NCBI RefSeq assembly: GCF_009914755.1
Contig: NC_060931.1
Length of the DNA: 64,000 bases
Direction: 5' to 3' (one strand)
DNA from: the human T2T-CHM13v2.0 reference genome, Homo sapiens
Shown: in pieces, positions 1-16,624 of the stretch
Layout: every line of letters starts with the position of its first letter
Numbering within the stretch: the first letter of the stretch is position 1
Program-made: the position numbers and the translations under genes
The notes under the pieces: generated by a model
The model's input: the letters and a program-made list of their open reading frames with translations, nothing else
Told to the model about the DNA's origin: nothing
The model's database searches: none

Positions 1-508
1 TGGCAGAAGGTCAGAGCTAGTTCCAGAGTTTTGGGTGCCTAAAAAAACGGAAAATGTTCCCTTCTCATGCCCTGACAATGAAAGCCAGTAGGTAGTATTG
101 AAGGGAATTGTGAGGCTTCTGGCATTATTGGCCTTTGCTTTGGTACCAGGAAGAAAAAGGAATGACTTAGAAACACATTTAGCCCTTACCTGGATGAATC
201 ATGTCAAGTTTTGGTTTCTCCATTTCTCTACATTTCATTTATTTGTTGGACAATGCTCTAATTTCACAAAGTGGTGGTGGAAACACTACTGACATGACAG
301 CTGTTTATATCTGTGAGTCAGAATGGTCACTGAGAGTTGGGCCCATAGTGAGTAAACAGGAAGACTCTGGGAAGAGGTAATGGGCACAGAGATATTCTTG
401 TAAACAGCACAAGATATGACCCATCTTAATTTTTTTCAATCAATATAGTTATAAACTATTTAAACTCTCAAACCCAGTGTGAGGAAAGAAGTAACACATG
501 CAAATTAA

Positions 509-810
509 CAGAGGCACAATGGCTCACGCCTATAATCTCAATGCTTTGGGAGGTTGAGTTGGGGGGATCACTTGAGCCCAGGAGTTCAAGACTAGCTGGG
601 CAACATGAAGAAACCCCATCTCTTCAAAAAATATAAAAATTAGCCTGGCATGGTGGCATGAACTTGTAGTCCCAGCTACTCAGGAGGCTGAGGTGGGAGG
701 ATGGCTTGAGCCTGGGAGGTCAAGGCTGCAGTGAGTCTTCATCGTGCCACTGCACTCCGGCCTGGATGACAGAGTGACACTCTGTCTCAGAAAGAAAAAA
801 AAAACACAAA
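509..810 (+). mobile_element. Alu, AluJ-type
   Basis: Dimeric Alu with A tail; J-type right arm GGGAGGATGGCTTGAGCCTGGGAGGTCAAGGCTGCAGTGAG; heavily diverged. Confidence 0.92.
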
Positions 811-1184
811 CCATATTATACATACTAATTTTGAGTTTAAAAAATGTAACACAAGAAATATAAAAATCTCATATATACACAAGAAGGATATATTAATATA
901 TTTGAAATTTGGAATTAAATGCAGCATTACTGCCAAATAATGATTGAGTTATCTTATTTCCAATAAGGTTAAGGAAAGAAAATAAACCAATCAACTAAAA
1001 ACATTTATTTAACTATTTTGTCAATAAAAATTTATGAATTGAACAAGTCTTGTGATCCATAATCTAGAAGAAAGAAAGCTTACCTATTTTTCTCTTACCA
1101 TTATTTGATGAAAATCTGTAGACTTTTAGAAACTCACAGCTGTGTGCCTTACTGTAAAAGGAGGAAAGTCTGAGGCGAGTATTT

Positions 1185-1395
1185 AGAGATATCTACTTTA
1201 TGCCAAATGTTTTATGCACACTATCTAACTCAATCTGAATTAAATGCCATTAAGGGAAGCATTATAGTTATCCATTTAGTGAATAAAAATATGAATCTCC
1301 AAAGGAGAAAATAACATCACCAAGGGCATGCTGTTGAAAGTGAAGTTGGATTTTGAGCCAAATCATTCTTATTCACAAATCCATATTTTATTTAC
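1185..1395 (-). mobile_element. MIR SINE remnant
   Basis: Degenerate antisense MIR core (TTATCCATTTAGTGAATAAAAAT...CACCAAGGGCA...GGATTTTGAGCC). Confidence 0.55.
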
Positions 1396-1699
1396 TTCAC
1401 TGACAAGCGAGAAATGGAAAGCAGCTAAACACAATTTTTGAACTGTACTTAGCACCAACGGAGTAAAAAAATAAATAAATGCTAAAGATTTGGCTTCATT
1501 CACACTTCATTCATTCAGCGAGACTCACTTGGAGCAGTGAACTGACCAAGGCCCAGGCAAAGAAACAACAAATGTGCCTGCAGCCTTCTCTACATATCCT
1601 TGCTCCCTGGGAAAACCAGACTGCCTGCCTCCCCTGTCATGGTTATTGCAGTCTCTTGGCTTTTTTGGCTTTCAAGTCACTGTCCCTTCAAGCCTTTGG

Positions 1700-1930
1700 T
1701 TTGAGAATATAGTAAATGTTCTTGGCAACCTGACTAGCAGGCACTCTTTTTTTTTTATTTTTGCCTTCCAGAGAAGCCTGAGTCAGTTTGGTCAGGTTTC
1801 CAAACATCCTTCATGTAAATTATGTGCCTCAAAAGAAGGGTGACTTTATCAGTCTCTGCTTATGGGTGGGCATGATTCATCTAAGGTAGCCTCCTTGTTT
1901 TACTGGCAACTGAGTCAAGTATGAGTATGT
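1700..1930. promoter_or_regulatory. Candidate enhancer/promoter with AP-1 and RFX/NFI-like motifs
   Basis: TGAGTCA at 1779-1785 and 1911-1917; TGGCAAC at ~1723 and ~1904. Confidence 0.3.
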
Positions 1931-2489
1931 GACTTCACTTTAGCCAAATAGATGTAAAGTGTTCTGGAGGTTCAAGAGAAGTTCTTTATGGATCTGCTGA
2001 GAGGGATAGAGGGAGCCTCTCTTTCATGTTAGAAATGGACTAGATCCTTTGTGACTTTAATGGCTCAGACAACTACTCCCTAAGCGCAATGAGAAACAGC
2101 CTCAGGATGAAGCCAGCACTGGGTAGGGCAGAGCAGATGGACAGAACTTGTAAACTCATAAAGGTTTGGTGGGGCCAGGGCTCCACCAATCCTAAAGCAT
2201 GCGCTAACTCTGTCCTTTCATTGTTTAAGCCAAGGTAAATTGGATTTTCTATTGCACATATGGCTCCAAAAGTTTGCAAACTGATACAGGAGCTTTAAGA
2301 CAAGTGGGAAAAGGCTGAGAGGATCCCTACCCCAATGTCAGCTCTGCTGGTTATCCAGGACCATGGATTAGAATCTCTACTAGTCCACTTTTGCCTTCAG
2401 AAGGTGTCATATTGAAGGGAATGAGAATGAAGGAAGGCATTTTCAGTGAACCTATGTCCTGGAATTGAATCATACAATAGGAAGTTAGT

Positions 2490-4130
<1,641 letters not shown>

Positions 4131-5334
4131 CCACAATTTTATGAGAAAAAGACCAAATGCAAGCTGCTTGGCTTTTCTTTTCTGCAGGTATTGCCTTATC
4201 ATATTTCTTCAGCATTTGGAATGCAGACTAATTAGACTATTTATTTTTGAGATTATATTTGACATCTTATCCTAGCTTAAAATGAGAGCCAATAAGTGGT
4301 GTAATATTTAGTATGATTAACAAGCTGAAAACCCCGCAATGGTGCTAGCTAGACTCCAACTCTGTGAGTGAATTAGGAGTACTCTGAGGGACAACAGGAG
4401 ACACTTGAGAATATGCAAAAAAACCCTGCAGAAGTGTTACATCTTTCATTAAACATCAGTACACAGATCTACAAAACCAACAGGAAATAAATTTAAAACC
4501 AACCTGATTGGTTATACCAATAGTCAAAGGACAAGAAGAATAGAGAGCAATGCTCTTTGTGGACACAGTGAGATGCATGATTTGATTGAATGTTTGGCAA
4601 GCCTTTTGAAAATTTTTATTTAACTCTCATTATATATAGGTGTTAAATTATCAGAGACCCTATGCCAATAAGATAGAGTTAGTCTTCCAAATCAAAACAT
4701 TTACACATCTGTGAAACACCTGAATATATGTAAGTTTGTAAGTCTATGTACTTATAAATTTAATTAAGTTCTAAATGGTGTAATAGTGAACAACGCAGAC
4801 TTCTAAAATTAATGTTATACCCAGACTTGAGCCTCTCTTCTGTGTATTCCTTCATCTTGATAATGAAATAGTCAAAGAAAATGTTTTGTGTTTTATTTTT
4901 GTCATTTAAAATTGTTTTTAGGCTGAAAGAAGCTAATGCAGTGCAGGGCAATAAAATGAAGGCCACATTGTTATTTAAATAATAAGTAGCTTTTACCCTT
5001 AAGCTTTTTCTTGGTTATTTTTATATAACAATAGGAGTAAAAAGGAAGAACTACCCATTTAAAATTTTTGGTTGTTAGTCCTACTTTTTGCCGAAAGATT
5101 ATTTTTGTTTCCTAATGCATGATTCACAGATGTGTTAGTTTGCATTATGTTGACATTAGTGATTTTCTGTGATTAAAAATTTGAAAGATCCTCAGTGACA
5201 CTGAATGAGTTAAACAGTCATAGTAGTCATGTATTGCAGACAATACATGTATTACTGATTAAGGATAAATATTACTCAGTTTTTAAAGAAGAATTAAATC
5301 AGCATTTTTGTAGGTAATTATAATACTAAACAAT

Positions 5335-5560
5335 TATTTAATAGTTTTTCATGTTTCAGACATTGTACTTAACACTTGACATGTAATTAATTCTTCAGAA
5401 GAATTCTAAGGGATAGGACTATTTCACAGCGGAGCCCCATTTTAAACAATGGAGATTGGGATTTTGAAATTTAAGCAATTTGGTGAAAATAATAGTAATT
5501 TGGTGTGCCAGGGTCTTAATCAATATTCTGTACTGTGCTATATGCAAGTAAATTCTACAA
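5335..5560 (-). mobile_element. MIR SINE remnant
   Basis: Degenerate antisense MIR (CATTGTACTTAACAC...CCCCATTTTAAACAATGGAGA). Confidence 0.5.
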
Positions 5561-7088
5561 GGCCAATAGTACAATACAAAGTCTTTTACCATTAAGAACA
5601 TCTGTTCCCATAGGCGTATCATTTAAAGTTCCATCATTAGAATAATTTGTGAAGATTTTCTGGGCTTTTTTAATGTACTAAGACATGAGGTTTCCTCAGC
5701 CCTAGCTAATACAATAGCACAGATTGATTTCTCATTATTAGTCATTACTTTCATGAGTACCTAGAGACTTAAAATAGCATAAATCAGTAATCAATATTTT
5801 TTCTACTGTGCCTCTAAAAGAAAGTTTTGAAAGGCAAGTTTAATGCCTTAAACACATTTAGGTGTGCATTTTTTTAGAATATCCTTTCAATTTGTACAAT
5901 TTAAATTGTAATGTAAATACAATAGCCATTTGACATTCAACATCTATCAAAATATTCATGGCAAGCTCTTCTTTAGTATTTGGGAATTTCACTTCAGTTT
6001 ATTTTTTTCCTTGAAATACTATTTCTGTCCTCTTTCGCCCCACTCAAATACATATTTTTGTATTCGAAAGTCTTTATATTAACCATCCTTTGTTTCACCC
6101 TTTGCTGTGACTACAATATATATATATTCATGTATATTTACATTGAAATTGAAATTTTTAAAATTTCCTGTGACGAGTTCTTAAGGCTCAAAACTTTTTT
6201 TCTGGATTTAACTTTTATTAAGATGATTATTGATATGCAAATGATCAAGTCATCATATTTTGAATTATTATAAATAATCATTCATCACCAGAACATAAAA
6301 TTTATTTGTAAATGTATCTCTTCATGAAGTGGAAATTAATGTTTCTTTATTTAGTGCCCTGAGGTTTTACATATTGAAACAATATATTATAGTAAGATTT
6401 GACATGAAATAAGAGCTATACTTATTGAAAAAGTGTGATTATATGATTGCGATAAGGAAGATAGGAAAGAAGATTCATCTTCACATGACCTCAGGCATAT
6501 TCTCAAGGCAGATTAGTTTTAGGAAAAGTGCATATGAAATTCAAGGATATGGCAACTGATTGCCATTGAACCATGTGTACCATAATACCACCTGTGACGA
6601 GAATTCCTAGAAATCTCTGGTACCGTTAGTTCTCCCGCAGGGAGGAGGCAGGGATGTTTCCACAGGTGAACCGTGGAAGTCAAACAGCCTGATGACACTG
6701 TGCCAAAGGGACAGAGGGACAGACGAGAAAGAGAGGGAGAGGCATTGAAAAAGGGACTAAGACCTATAGAAGAAAATGAATAACCTACTACATACTATTT
6801 TATTTCAGACAGGACAGTGCTAAAAACAGGTAATTTCTTTTTACAAAACATTTGGATTTTACTGAATTAGTATTTTTATTAAAATATTAGCATAAATGAT
6901 TTTTAACATATATTTTACAGTGCACACATGCATAAATGATATTCTCGGCTTAAACTGTATTAAATGGTTATTCGAGTTGTTAATTTTATCAAGGCATTAA
7001 TCTTTTAATTTCTTCCATGGATATGAGTTGAAATGCTGACTCAAACATAATCATGGTAAAAAATTATAATCCACTCTCTGAGAATGTG

Positions 7089-7245
7089 TTCATTCAATCA
7101 TTTTTTTTTCATTCAATAAACACTGAGTACCTTGTATGTGCCAGGCACTATTCTAATTTCTGGAGACAACAGTATTGACTAAAACCAGGTCATTGCCCTT
7201 ATGAGGCTTCCATTCTAGAGGAAGATATAAACAATTAAAAAGATG
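7089..7245 (-). mobile_element. L2 3' end
   Basis: CATTCAATAAACACTGAGTACCTTGTATGTGCCAGGCACTATTCTA is the typical antisense L2 terminus. Confidence 0.75.
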
Positions 7246-8385
7246 AACATATGTAATTTTCTCACATTATCCCAAAGTTTCTCAAGATTTTATTTTTTCT
7301 GAATGGTAAATAAGCTTAACAGATACAAATTGTATGTCTTATTCTTTTTTAACACAAGACATATTTTATTTATTTTAATTGTTTGCTAATTAATAAACAA
7401 GGGATCATTAATAACTATTATTAAAACTATTATTAATAAATGAGCCAACCAGGACAATATTAGAACACGTTTAAAAGAAAACTAAATGAGTACAATATGA
7501 GCAATCAGGGATGCTGAAATTACTTTGTAAATAGATACAAAACTGATTTCTTGGAGGTACATTAGAAAAAATTGATTTATGCTTTTATGAATAAGAATCA
7601 TTTTTATTGCTACCAATTCTCTACAAATTACAGTAAGAAAATAGCTCAAAAACAATGGAAGGCACATATAACCCAAAAGAGTATGCTAGACAGGACACCA
7701 AATAATCTTTGCCTGTTCAAAATCTTTCCCATTTTTTCTGACAGTCTCTCCCCCGTGATCATAATCTCAAAAGTTATTCTTGATTATAAAAGGCCTATTA
7801 TATTGGACCTGATTATTTACATAGGTGCAGGAAGAGTATTTATTTACCACACAAGCTCCTTGAGTTTGCTTTGCAATTCCTGTGTCATACAATATTGAAC
7901 AGCTACAAAGTCCATAAATGAACCTTTGCCTGGATTGTCATAAGGAATCTCAGATTGTACCTTTTAAAAGCCTCTATTTTTCTATTTCAAGGCCAGGAAG
8001 CTAAGCCTAAGAACCTCTCCCCCTCAGGTTCCACCAGCAGTGGGTTGTACAATGGAATGAATTATACTATCTTCTGGAAGTCCCCCATATTTTTTAATGT
8101 TCCTTGCCTGCCAAAAATTTTTCTTACTATTCTTAAGGGTAAGCCTGGCCCCCTGTACGCCAGGTATCACTGGGTCAGTTTCCTTGGGAGAAGTTTGGAG
8201 GCATTGGCACCTAAACAAAGCCCTTTTTTCCCCCTTAAATAAAGACTTGTCATACCTGATTTAAAAAGCATTATTTTCAACTATGACACCTCAGGCAAAA
8301 CATTAGAGGACAGATTCTATTTGTCCCTATGTAAATATTTCCATGAAAAGTTGGGAGGCTAAGTTTCTGAATTATGCAGATGGAG

Positions 8386-8849
8386 TGGTAGTGGGTTGAA
8401 CTACGTCCCCCAAAATGCTATGTTCAGATTCTAATACTTGTGAATGAGATCTTATTTGGAAATAGGCCCTTTGCTGCTGTAATTAGGAATTTTGAGATAA
8501 GATCATCCTGGCTTTAAGGGGGATCTTGTATCCAAAGACTGGTGCCCTTATAAGAAAAATAAAAGAATGATTTGAGACATAGACACATTGGGGTAAGTCA
8601 TGTAAAGACAGAGACAAGAGATTAAAGTTATATACCCACAAGTCAAGGAGCGCCAAGGATGCAACCACCATCAGAAGCTAGGAGAGAGGCAAGGGAAAGA
8701 TCCCCTCTCAGAGTCTAAAGAAAATCAAGCTGTGATGACACCTTGAATTTTGGACTTGTGACCTCCAGAATTTTAAGAGAATAACTTTCTGTTGTTTAAG
8801 TCATCAAGTTTGTGGCAATTTGTTATGGCAACCCTAGATAACTCATATA
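8386..8849 (+). mobile_element. MaLR solo LTR, MLT1C-like
   Basis: Starts GTGGGTTGAACTACGTCCCCCAAAA, has CTTATTTGGAAATAGG, ends TTTGTTATGGCAACCCTAG; ~465 bp. Confidence 0.85.
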
Positions 8850-9201
8850 GGTGGTTATTAAGAATCAAGTATTATCTTAAAATGCTTTAAGTTTAAAAAA
8901 ACAGATTTTACTAAGTTATATGCAGTATAGACAGCTTAAGAAGAATAAGAGCTTCATATATTCAGAAAATGGAAACTTAAAACAACAGCAACAGTATGCC
9001 AAATTATGGTAAAATTTTCTGCTTTGGTTTTTTTATTCCCAGGAAATTAATTTTTGTTCTGCTGGTCCTTGGATTAGTAGTCTGCTTTCATGAGGCAGTC
9101 CACTAACATGGTTTGAAAGTTGTAAAAGTGATGTTAGCTCTGAAGCCCGTACCTGAGTCTAGTCTTTGAAGTGCCAATCATTTAAAAACTCAGAGACTTT
9201 T

Positions 9202-9539
<338 letters not shown>

Positions 9540-9782
9540 TTATGACAGAGACTTCAGGCAAGCATCAGAATAAAACAAAATTGTGTATAGATGAAAGAGA
9601 TTTGATGGCTGTTATTAATTTGTCACCACAATCAGAAATATTGTCATCACAATAAAAAGTATCCAAATAAAAAATAGTAAGATTTTCTACTGGGGTATAA
9701 TACATAACCAACTTACAAGAGTTTTGAGCAGTTTTCCTCCTGGGGATAAAGCACATTAAATAGGGAAGACATTGACAAATTC

Positions 9783-10579
9783 TGATATGGACAGGAGACG
9801 GGAAAATACTGGGTAGAAGAGGGTAGTTCCCCAGCAAAGGCCCCACCCTCAAGCCTGGATACCCACGGCCCTATGTGAGAACAGGCCCCCAAATTTTTTA
9901 ATGGTTTCACAGCTAAAAAGTTGCCTTTTGGCTCTCCACGCCCCCCTACCCTGTACCCATATAAACCCCAAACCCCAGGCTCCAGAAGCAGACAAGGAGA
10001 TGAAGAGATGATCAGGCAAATGGCAGAATGGCATGGCAGAGAAGGAGGGAGGAGAAGGAGCGCTGGGAGGAGTTCAGCTGGGGACGGTCAGAGAATCAGC
10101 CACTGGAATGCCAAAATGCAGAGGAAGATCATCTTCCCACTCCATCCTCTGTCCAGCTCCCCATCCATCCTGCTGAGAGTCACCTCCACCACTCAATAAA
10201 ACCTCCGCATTCATCCTTCAAGTCCGTGTGTGACCCAATTCTTCCACGATGCTGGACAAGAGATTGGGATACCGAAAGCTGTCACACTGGCCCTCTGTTC
10301 TTACAAAAAGGCAGAGAGTCCACTAAACTGGTTAACACTTAAACTGTCCACGGATGGCAAGACTAAAGGAGTACACTGTAACACATGCCCACTTGGGCTT
10401 TGGGAGTCACAGACACCCACCCCAAATGCTGCCGTGGGGCCAGAACCCAAAAGCACTTGCCTCAGTTCCCGCACCTGTCCATCTTCCTGCTCCCCCTCCC
10501 ATAAAGGGTTTGAGCTGAACAGAGAGCCATACTCCTGTCACATGTCCTGCAAGGGGGGCCTGGAAACTCTCCCGTTTCA
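9783..10579 (+). mobile_element. ERV1 solo LTR, LTR1 family
   Basis: TG...CA termini, 797 bp, 4-bp TSD ATTC/ACTC, TATAAA 9960-9965, AATAAA 10195-10200; start TGATATGGACAGGAGACGGGAAAATACTGGGTAGAAGAGGG matches recalled LTR1 consensus. Confidence 0.85.
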
Positions 10580-11384
10580 ACTCCAGGATTTTCCATATTT
10601 CTGAATATTTGTATTAATATAATTTTACCTAGGTAATACACACACTATCCAGAAAAGGCTGTGTCTTTCCTGACCTGACAAATTTTCCCATGTAACTCCT
10701 GTAATAATATCACATCACATGAACATAAATTTGACTCATATCTTTCTTCCTATAAGGTAAAAGAACATATCTTTGTGATTTCTCATGGGGCCTCTGGGAA
10801 ATCTCAAATATAGGTTTAGGTGAAAAATATGTCCTGAAAATGTTTTCATTATCTTCTAAATTCAGGGACCAGTTTAGGGAAGGCAAAGTCAAGAGTTGTC
10901 AGAGGCAATTTTGGAGGTTTAATAATATAGAACGGGTATCTAAGAAACAATTCCTAGTTGCCTATTTAATAAAACTGATGTTATTTTGAAAACAAACCTA
11001 GAGGATAGTATCATTATAAGAACGTTAGCTCTTGCATAAGTGAGGAAGTTTTGTTCTTTTTTGTTTATTTTTTTCTTAAATAATCAGGAACATAATAAAG
11101 TCAATATAAAGCATAGAAAATTGTTCTGGTGAGATAAAGCCTCTGCTATCTAGGCAGCTTGCATAGAAATAAAGAAAACCCTTTCATAAAGTAGGTTAAC
11201 ACAAATCAGTAAACTAAGGAAGTGAGCCCCTCAAAAGTGAGCAAATGTTACTAAAAATTTAACAGACTTCATAGCTTCTTTTCAGATGTAGGTACGTTAA
11301 ACCAAGACTGACAAAATCCGCTTTCCAAGTTTTGCCCTTTATTATGCTCTTTCATATTTGCTACATGTTGAGCCTTTTTTTTTA

Positions 11385-11875
11385 GGACATCATATGGTCT
11401 GGGGGTCCTTGGAAAACCCTCGGAAGATCTGTGAGGTCAAAACTATTTTTATAATAATGTTAAAATGTCATTTGTCTTTTTTATTCTCATCCTCTCATAA
11501 ATGTGCATTGGAGTTTTCCAGAAGCTATAGGCGTGATACTGCCATAGATTGGATGCAGAAGTAGGTTGAGAATCTACCTGTTCTCTACTAATTTATATTA
11601 AAGACATTTACAAAACTGTATAGCAATGCTACTCTTCTCACTAAGAACTTTTTTAAAACCATTGTTTTTATAAAAATGTTTTCTATTAACATGAAATTTG
11701 CTTACCACTTCTATCTCTAAATAAATCAATGAACCAGTATTTAAACAGTAAACATTTATAATCTTTAATATGGCAAAATATTATAGTTCTAATCTGCAAA
11801 ATTATGCGGTTTGAGATCTTCAGCAATTTCTAAGAGTGGAAAGGTATTCAGAGACCAAAAGGTTTGGGAAATGCA
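11385..11875. mobile_element. hAT-Charlie non-autonomous DNA transposon (Charlie4a-like)
   Basis: GAGGTCAAAACTATTTTTATAATAAT...GGAGTTTTCCAGAAGCTA...GAGACCAAAAGGTTTGGGAA; ~490 bp. Confidence 0.7.
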
Positions 11876-12499
11876 GCTTTAAGAAAGTTCTACTTTTTCC
11901 TTAAAAAGCAAACACACATACACAGTCATTTTTCTCTGTCACTATTACTCCCTGTTTAGTCTCAACCAACATATTAATCACAACTTTTAACCAGAGTAAC
12001 CAACTTCTATTTCTAAAGTCATTGGAAGAAACTTATTTCTTAAAATGTAATTTTAAATGTATACATAGGCCATCCTTTTAGTTCTGAAATATACAGACAG
12101 AGAAAATAAGTAAGTGAAAAAAAGCTCAGGAAGATTAAAGGGACTAGACACAAAGGAGCACATGTTTTAGAGATTAACAAAACTTCATTAAAATCACAAG
12201 TTATCACACAGGGAATTCAATATTCACCAAGAAACAGGCTCCCTATTTCATGAATGTTTCCAGAAAAATCTAACAAGAGGACAGGAAGGAGGCCTGTCAG
12301 AATCAGAGCCAAAGCAAATAGGCTTTAGTTAAAAAGACTTGGTAGGCTCACTGAACAGCAACACACTCCTGACTATCTTACTTCTCCCTAAAGGAATGGC
12401 AAAACCTGAACTATCTGAAAATTAACCAAAGGTCTAATGACAGAGAGGACCTCCCCAAGTGACTTTCTTTAGTAAAGATGATCATGTTAGCTATGGTAG

Positions 12500-12857
12500 T
12501 GTCTCTATCTGTTCAGGTTGCTATAATAAAAGTGCCATAGATGGGATGGTTTATAAATAACAGAAATTTATTTCTTACAATTCTGGGATGCTGGGAAGTC
12601 CAAGATCAAGGCCCCAGAAGTGCCTGGTGAGGGCCTGCATTCTGGTTCATAGATGGCATCTAAGCTGAGCTCTCACATGATGGAAAAAGTAACAGACCTC
12701 TCCTGGGCCTCTGCTATAAGGGTGCTTATGAAAGATAAATGATAAGCCCTCATGACCTAATTATCTTTCAAAGGCACCACCTTCTAAGTATCATCACACT
12801 GGCGATTAAGCTTCAACATATGAATTGTGAGGAGACATAAACATTCAATCCATAGCA
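12500..12857 (-). mobile_element. MaLR solo LTR, MLT1A/MST-like
   Basis: Antisense MaLR motifs GGGAAGTCCAAGATCAAGG, CTCATGACCTAATTA, AAACATTCAATCCATAGCA. Confidence 0.85.
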
Positions 12858-13292
12858 TGTTGGTTTTGCTTATTGTTTTCTGCAAAAACTAATATCAGTC
12901 ATGTTACTAGATCTTAGTAGGAAATGGTGACCAAACAACAGAGTACAGAGTCTGGTGAAAGGGAAGAAACTACATATGAATGTGGAAAGTCAATTAGGCT
13001 TGAGGAATTTCTAGAAATTGCCCTGTGCAGTTAACACAGTGTTACACTGTTGCTAACAAAGCTGTCCATACACTTATTGGCTGAGAGAGATGGCACCATG
13101 TAGGCTTTAAAGAAGCATTGCATGAACAAAAAGCAATGCTGAGATAGCAAGTTTTTTGCTGTCACATTGGGAAGCATTATAGAGAATGATTATACTCACT
13201 ATAGCCAATACATTGCACTAGAGGCACTCACATACACTGTTCAGCCATGTGACTTCACATCTTTTCTGGAGGACTATTGGCCACATAATTAA

Positions 13293-13613
<321 letters not shown>

Positions 13614-13833
13614 AAATGATGACAATCCTTTTATGCAGCAACTTTACTAACAGAAACTTACCTTAAATGAATACTTACATGTTGTCAAGAAATGTTATTA
13701 TAGTGTGTTAATAATAATACACAGGTTAGGTGAGAAATAACCTAAATACGCATCAATGCAGAATTGGTTCAAAATAGTAACAGTTCATCCATGTAATAAA
13801 ACACTATTAGTAGTTACAAATAATAATGTGACT

Positions 13834-15470
<1,637 letters not shown>

Positions 15471-16600
15471 ATAAAAGTCCAATTAAATCTATATTTATAG
15501 ATACGTAACATTTCTAAATCCTGTTTAAGAGCAAAAGTAGCATATAAAACAATACATACTTGGAAAATTATATATACACATATATATGTTTATATGTGTG
15601 TGTGTTTATATGTGCATGCATGCATATGTTTGGTATTTAAATACATACATAGAAAAAATTTGAAAATCTCCCAAGATAGTAATAGAGGCTATTTGAGCAA
15701 GTTATACTTTAAAATATTTACTTTTTATGTTTCCTTTACAGCTTTTTTTTTTAGTTACTATCTATTACTCTTGAAATCAGAGAAAAAGAAAAATCCCAAT
15801 AAAGCAATCTCCTAAAAAATAAGGACTAAAAATACATAAAGAAACAGTAAGGTAATCTGTATTATGGTAAAAATATTTTTAAGATAAAGGATAAGTTAAA
15901 GAGATTTTTAGTTCCTGTTAAATTAGGAAATGTTTCACAAAAGTTTAGTTGTAAAATATATTTATATTTAAACATTTGAAGAAGTTCATAGAACCCTTTC
16001 TTCTTATACTGTATTATTTGGTAAAGTGTGTTCTTTCACTAAAAATACAAATCTGATTTCAATTTCTCTTAATGGTTTAAAAACAAGATGCTGAATTTAC
16101 AAAACTCATAAGAATACGCTTTAGAAAGATGGAATTTCATTCCTTTTCGTTACAAATTTATTCCTCTTTATTTTTTCTACAGCTGAATAAGTGTTTAGTG
16201 TAGTAAGAACTCATATTTTGCACATTTTAATAGTGATATACTTCAGGGAGGCCTCAGTTTACCAAAAAAGATTATCAAACATAATCATGACCCAGGAAGC
16301 AGCTGTATCCCATTTCCAAAGAAAAAATGCACCATGCTGAACTGTTTAAAGGAAGTAATATAGTGGTGAATTTTTTTTTCGTGTGATTTAGTTTGAAATA
16401 CTGTGCCTAAAATGCTGAGCTTGAAGTCCCATAAAGCTTGGTATGCTTTGCAAAAAGCACTCCCAGTTTAATTTAGGCCAGGCCTCCTTTTGCTTTGAAG
16501 AAACAAAAAAGAAACATTAGCTGTTCTTGGCCTTATCCTTGGGAATCAACTCAAGACTTCCCAGTGGTCATGGTGATATCCATTGCAAACAGATAATTCC

Positions 16601-16624
16601 TGAATGAATGAATGAATGAATGAA
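16601..16624. repeat. (TGAA)6 microsatellite
   Basis: Direct reading. Confidence 0.9.

Noticed and set aside
2200-2240. Branch point-like GCTAAC, pyrimidine tract and 5-nt CCAAG before gtaaat
   Set aside because: AAG acceptor and a non-frame-preserving 5-nt exon; likely chance
9849-10604. Overlapping 61-124 aa ORFs
   Set aside because: Lie within the GC-rich LTR1 solo LTR; no gag/pol/env similarity
16247-16354. Possible 108-nt plus-strand exon (GGLSLPKK...CLKE)
   Set aside because: Weak acceptor tract and weak donor; open frame of this length is unremarkable
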